64,000 nucleotides of DNA from Candidatus Cloacimonadota bacterium (GTDB lineage Bacteria; Cloacimonadota; Cloacimonadia; JGIOTU-2). Where the stretch lies: NCBI GenBank assembly GCA_049903315.1, contig JBNGBT010000001.1, positions 96,001 through 160,000 of the forward strand. The letters run 5' to 3'. Position 1 is the first letter of the stretch; every line of letters begins with the position of its first letter. Made by a program: the position numbers and the translations under genes. Below, in pieces: positions 59,722 through 64,000 of this stretch. The notes under the pieces are model-generated. The model worked only from the letters and a program-made list of their open reading frames with translations. It did not search any database and was not told where the DNA came from.

Positions 59722-61016
59722 AAAAGTATATACTCATTCTCGTTTTAATTCTTATGACAACCTCTCTTCATGGAATTACCTTATCAAATCCAGTCAGTGT
59801 TGCATTAGGCGGCGCTTATATTGCAAAGGCAAGAGGATTTGAGTCATTGCACTGGAATCCCGCAAATCTTGGAATGGTTGAGCATTTTATGACACTCAAC
59901 TTATTTCAGATTTCTTCTGATATTAGGAATAGCACCCTGACTTTGGGTTATTACAATGATATAATGGGTAAATATCTCAATGCTCAAGATAAAGAAGATT
60001 TTCTTAATAAAGTACCCGAAAGTGGTTTGTCATTAAATGCAAATGTAGGAGTTCATCTTCCGGTATCCCTATCTATAGGAAAAGTGGCAGTAACATTCAA
60101 TACAATGGTGCGTTCCTCGATAGGACTTTCAAAAGAGTATTTTGATCTGGCCTTACATGGAAACGAGCTTGGCGTGACGTATGATATGCAAGGCAACCGC
60201 GGTCGTGCAGTAGCTTTTTTAGAAGCTAAAGTTGGGTACGGAGACAGAATTCCAATGGAAAAAATCTCATCCTCTTTTGAGGATCTTCCACCAATATATG
60301 GCGGCATAAGTTTAGGGCTCATTCATGGAATGGGATATGCACAAATCCTCGAATTTGAATCTCAGTTCGCAACAAATGATACTGCAATGAATGTTTATAA
60401 TAATTTGCTGGTAAGGACTGCAGGTTATGATACTGAAAAATCTGAATTTTATGCTGCTTCTGTATTTCCCGGAGCTGGATTCGGCTACAGAATGAATGTG
60501 GGCTTTACCTCTACGATCACTGAAAATGTGACTGCATCACTTGCAATAAAGAATCTCTTTGGAAAAATTGACTGGACTGAATCCTGTGAAGAACATGAAA
60601 TACAGGTGAATGCGTTCGATTTAACCATCGATTCATGGGATGATTCACTTACTGTCGATACTACCTATGCCGTTGATGGTTTCTCGCAGACTATTCCTAT
60701 TGAGTTACATTTCGGCGGAGCGTATAAATGGAATAATATTGAATTCTTTGCGGACTATGTTCAAGGTTTCAAAAGAAGTCTCTTCACATCTGCGAGAGGG
60801 AAATTCTCTGTGGGAGTGGAATACTATCCTATTACCTGGCTTCCATTACGAACTGGGTTTGGATTTGGTGGTGGAGAACGTGCTCATTTTTCACTTGGAA
60901 CAGGTTTGGACTTCTCGGGCTTTAACTTCGATTGGGCTCTGAGTTATTATACCTCACCAGTCTATACAACGGCTACAGGAATAAAATTGTCATTCGGAGC
61001 TGAACTCGAATTCTAA
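59718..61016 (+). CDS. Outer-membrane beta-barrel protein (DUF5723/FadL-like)
   Basis: Signal peptide, ALGGA...HWNPANLG plug motif, LPLRTG, C-terminal Phe; overlaps the lipoprotein stop (ATGA). Confidence 0.75.
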   Translation: MKKYILILVLILMTTSLHGITLSNPVSVALGGAYIAKARGFESLHWNPANLGMVEHFMTLNLFQISSDIRNSTLTLGYYNDIMGKYLNAQDKEDFLNKVPESGLSLNANVGVHLPVSLSIGKVAVTFNTMVRSSIGLSKEYFDLALHGNELGVTYDMQGNRGRAVAFLEAKVGYGDRIPMEKISSSFEDLPPIYGGISLGLIHGMGYAQILEFESQFATNDTAMNVYNNLLVRTAGYDTEKSEFYAASVFPGAGFGYRMNVGFTSTITENVTASLAIKNLFGKIDWTESCEEHEIQVNAFDLTIDSWDDSLTVDTTYAVDGFSQTIPIELHFGGAYKWNNIEFFADYVQGFKRSLFTSARGKFSVGVEYYPITWLPLRTGFGFGGGERAHFSLGTGLDFSGFNFDWALSYYTSPVYTTATGIKLSFGAELEF

Positions 61017-61036
61017 CATTAAAAAATTAAACATAT

Positions 61037-61065
61037 AAAGGGAGCTTCGTGCTCCCTTTTTTTTT
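61037..61065 (+). terminator. Intrinsic terminator
   Basis: AAAGGGAGC-TTCGT-GCTCCC followed by a T9 tract. Confidence 0.9.
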
Positions 61066-61084
61066 GCAATGTTTTTTGTGTCTT

Positions 61085-61290
61085 GTTTCCAAATCCCTAT
61101 TATTACTCGTTCCAAAGTTGGACTTTGGAACGCATGTTCCTGAGTTGTCATGGACCACTCCATGACGGAAGTAAATAACGATTGAAGAACATCGATTTTT
61201 GATTAATGAAGTAGAACCGTTACGAAGGTTTCCTGCGTCAACCGTTCGCAAGGTTTTTGTATTCTCGTTCCCAAATCCCTGGTTTCAAGG
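61085..61290. repeat. Intergenic cluster of REP-like hairpins
   Basis: CTCGTTCCAAAG-TTGGA-CTTTGGAACG (61106-61132), tandem AACCGTT..GAAGGTT units (~61215-61256), partial CTCGTTCCCAAATCCCT (61264). Confidence 0.55.
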
Positions 61291-61423
61291 CACAATGCAA
61301 AATGGAGACTGATTTGCAAGCGCCGTCCATCAAACCATTACCCATGACCGGATAAATGCATTTGATAAAATTTGACATTCCATCATAATTTATTTAAAAA
61401 CGATTCACACCATGGCGGTGCGC

Positions 61424-62413
61424 ATGAGAAAAATAATTATATTGTTACTTATTTCGCTATTATTGATTGGGACTATACAATTAACTGCAGATACAATTAT
61501 CGACAGCGTTTATGCTACACTGGAGTTAGATGGGGATATACTCTTTAGACAGAGTATACAAGATTTTCTTGTATTCAGTAATTTTTATGCTATGTGTGCT
61601 GGAGATTTGGGTGAATCGTTGATTGCTTCTGATCCTAACTCGATATTTCGTTCGTATATAAGTTTCTATCTTCCCGAAATTCCTGACGGATATGAATTAG
61701 ATAGTGCTTACGTTAGATTGTATCAATATTCCAGTGTTGGTGATGGAGATGTGTACGGGAATCAGGAACCATTTCCGTTGTTTTATGGACAGGAACTTCC
61801 CTGTATCGTGGATCATATAAATTATGGAGACATGCTTGATGTTTCTGATTGGACAAAGGGGGATACCGGTGATCAGGGAACCCTGCAATCTGATATAGGT
61901 TGTATCAGTGACAATGGAGATGTTGGTTACCGCTATTTAGACTTAACACAATCTGTTTTGGATGATTATAATAATGACAGATATCAAACCCAATATAGGA
62001 TTCGATTTGAAGTAGATACCGACTGGGATAGTTTAACTGATGATTTGGGATTTAAGACTACAACATCAACACAAATTAATCAACATCCAATAATATATTT
62101 ATATTTTAAATCAATTATATCTATAGATGATGAAGTAAATCCTGAAGGAAAAATTATGGTCTATCCCAATCCATTTATCAATTCTATGACCATTTCTTTT
62201 CATGCACGGCAGGGACAGGTACAGGAAGTTGAAGTTTATAATGTAAAAGGGCAGATCGTAAGAGAATTAGGATTAAGGGTTTCGGATATAGGATTTAGTG
62301 CAGTGTGGGATGGGAAAGATGAATTGGGACATGATCTGAGTAATGGGATTTATCTAATAATGGTAAAGAGCGAGAATGTGAATATTGTAAAGAGGGTGAT
62401 GAAGTTACGGTAA
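61424..62413 (+). CDS. Secreted protein with DNRLRE-like domain and C-terminal T9SS/FlgD-Ig sorting domain
   Basis: Signal peptide (MRKII start assumed; ORF track starts at 61412), RSYISFYLPEIP....DSAYVRLY, C-terminal YPNPF...NVKGQ...WDG. Confidence 0.72.
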   Translation: MRKIIILLLISLLLIGTIQLTADTIIDSVYATLELDGDILFRQSIQDFLVFSNFYAMCAGDLGESLIASDPNSIFRSYISFYLPEIPDGYELDSAYVRLYQYSSVGDGDVYGNQEPFPLFYGQELPCIVDHINYGDMLDVSDWTKGDTGDQGTLQSDIGCISDNGDVGYRYLDLTQSVLDDYNNDRYQTQYRIRFEVDTDWDSLTDDLGFKTTTSTQINQHPIIYLYFKSIISIDDEVNPEGKIMVYPNPFINSMTISFHARQGQVQEVEVYNVKGQIVRELGLRVSDIGFSAVWDGKDELGHDLSNGIYLIMVKSENVNIVKRVMKLR

Positions 62414-62419
62414 ATTATT

Positions 62420-62795
62420 TTCTCGTTCGTAAGTTGTGCCTGCGAGGTTTGCTTTCGATCAAACGATCATGAAAAACAATGAAGAAATCCCCTCTTGAGA
62501 GGGGTAGATTGCGATGTAATCGTAAGACGGGGTGTGTTATCTGGACTCCTTCTTCATGTATTACCATTGGTAAATGAACCTAAACAATATAAATAGATTG
62601 TCACCCTGAGCCCGTCGAAGGGTCTCGCAGAAATATACAATCGATCAGGAAGATTCTTCAACTCCTCAAGAATGACAATTTTTTTTATAGGCTGAACATG
62701 TTCAGCCGCTACTTCATCATTGGTTATTCCTTGTTGGATACCTGTCGCGTCGTAATCCAGATGAAATCGGGAAGGAGACGAATTGGATATTCATC
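62420..62795. repeat. Intergenic mosaic of palindromic miniature elements, including REP copy 3 (62690..62740, inverted)
   Basis: CCCCTCTTGAGAGGGG (62489-62504), TTGTCACCCTGAG...AAGAATGACAA (62598-62678), GGCTGAACATGTTCAGCCGCTAC, ATTGG(A/T)T heptamers. Confidence 0.7.
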
Positions 62796-62959
62796 CTGCC
62801 CTACTTTCCAGACTATATGCTCCACGCCCCCCACTCAACGCTCTAGGAAAATTGGGGTATTTGACATTTTCCTCCGAAAAAATATCTTTCTCATTATATG
62901 AATCATCTAAAAAACTTGAACAAATTTATACGGCACACGCATGTTCGTTCGGAGGTTTC

Positions 62960-64000
62960 ATGGATTTGAAAAAGTTATTTCTGTTGATTATCATACTTCT
63001 GAGTATTAATATTTTAGTACTCAAGATGAATGATATAACTAAAAAAGATTCATCTCAAAATGAGATGATAAAGGTTTCTCAACCTCAAATAAAAACCTAC
63101 ACGCTGCGTGACACAATTGATTTCGAGGAAAGACAGCAGAAGAATGAGGAAGTAACACTCTCGCGACAAAACGGAATTACCAATGCGATAGAAAAAGTAA
63201 AGCCTGCAGTTGTGAGTGTAAATGTCATTCGTACTGAAGTGGTTCAGACAAGCCCGTTCAATTCATTCTTCTTTGATTTTTACAGAGGATTTTTACCCCG
63301 TACCTATAAGAGAGAAGTGCAGAACCTCGGTTCCGGTGTGATCATCAGCGGGGACGGGTATGCGATTACGAACAGCCATGTGGTGCAGAATGCTTCGGAA
63401 ATAAAAGTGTTCCTCTCGGATGGCAGAAGCTTTGAAGCAGAGCTTATCGGCAGTGACGATGTGAACGATATTGCAGTCATTAAACTCAAAGATACTGAAA
63501 AAGACCTGCCACAGGCATATCTTGGTGATTCGGACGGTATCATCATAGGGGAATGGACAATCGCTCTTGGGAATCCCTTCGGATATCTGATCAAAGATTC
63601 CGAACCGACCGTGACTGTGGGAGTGGTCTCTGCGATGAACAGGAATTTTCACAGCAATGAAGACCGAATCTACAAAAAGATGATCCAGACTGATGCAGCG
63701 ATCAATCCGGGTAACAGTGGTGGGCCGCTAGTGAATATTAACGGGGAAATTATCGGCATCAATACATTTATTTTTTCAAAAAGTGGAGGAAGTCTGGGTA
63801 TAGGATTTGCCATCCCGTCCAATCGTGTAAAAAATATTGTTCAAGAGATCATAAAGTATGGCTGCATCCGACCGATCTGGTTCGGCTTCAAAGTTCAGGA
63901 TATCACACCAGCACTTGCAAACAGTCTCGGTTTGAAATCGACAGACGGTGTTATCATCACCTATATTGATGAGAACGGACCGGCAGAAGAGACAGGTCTT
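62960..64000 (+). CDS. htrA: HtrA/DegP-family serine protease (3' end runs off the window)
   Basis: Not in the ORF track. ATG 62960 after GGAGG; the frame reads GSGVII...TNSHVV, DIAVIKL, IQTDAAINPGNSGGPL, then the start of a PDZ domain. Confidence 0.93.
   Translation, partial: MDLKKLFLLIIILLSINILVLKMNDITKKDSSQNEMIKVSQPQIKTYTLRDTIDFEERQQKNEEVTLSRQNGITNAIEKVKPAVVSVNVIRTEVVQTSPFNSFFFDFYRGFLPRTYKREVQNLGSGVIISGDGYAITNSHVVQNASEIKVFLSDGRSFEAELIGSDDVNDIAVIKLKDTEKDLPQAYLGDSDGIIIGEWTIALGNPFGYLIKDSEPTVTVGVVSAMNRNFHSNEDRIYKKMIQTDAAINPGNSGGPLVNINGEIIGINTFIFSKSGGSLGIGFAIPSNRVKNIVQEIIKYGCIRPIWFGFKVQDITPALANSLGLKSTDGVIITYIDENGPAEETGL

Noticed and set aside
61027..62901. Small ORFs 61027..61251 and 62698..62901
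   Set aside because: Read through terminator and palindromic repeat DNA; likely spurious.

Overview
AT-rich bacterial chromosomal window. C-terminal 'YPNPFN...NLKGQ...WDG' sorting domains suggest an FCB-group organism such as Cloacimonadota (inference). The left half (1-31.7 kb, minus strand) appears to be one very long operon. It has a sigma-54 promoter and tandem enhancer-like palindromes, and lies head-to-head with an NtrC-type response regulator/histidine kinase pair. It encodes one MacA/HlyD-like adaptor, two MacB/LolD-type ATPases and at least ten divergent ~800-aa MacB/FtsX-type permeases (one frameshifted, one running off the window). It also carries a decayed permease fragment and interspersed cargo: an ankyrin-MBL hydrolase fusion, a lipase lipoprotein and small proteins. 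The most striking signal is at DNA level. A 68-bp near-identical direct repeat (gene end + spacer + next gene start) brackets exactly one permease gene, one copy leads into an orphan 'MFRNY' start stub, and a second permease pair shares a homogenised 5' end. Together these suggest the array is built or shuffled cassette-wise by recombination at gene junctions, although no integrase is visible in the window. The right half holds a stand-alone acyltransferase catalytic domain, a TerB/FHA-like-ABCG module, housekeeping genes (glyQ, guaA, tRNA-Phe, pdxA, rnhB, partial htrA), secreted/surface proteins and intergenic mosaics of REP-like palindromes. No CRISPR array, rRNA, integrase, transposase or reverse transcriptase was seen.
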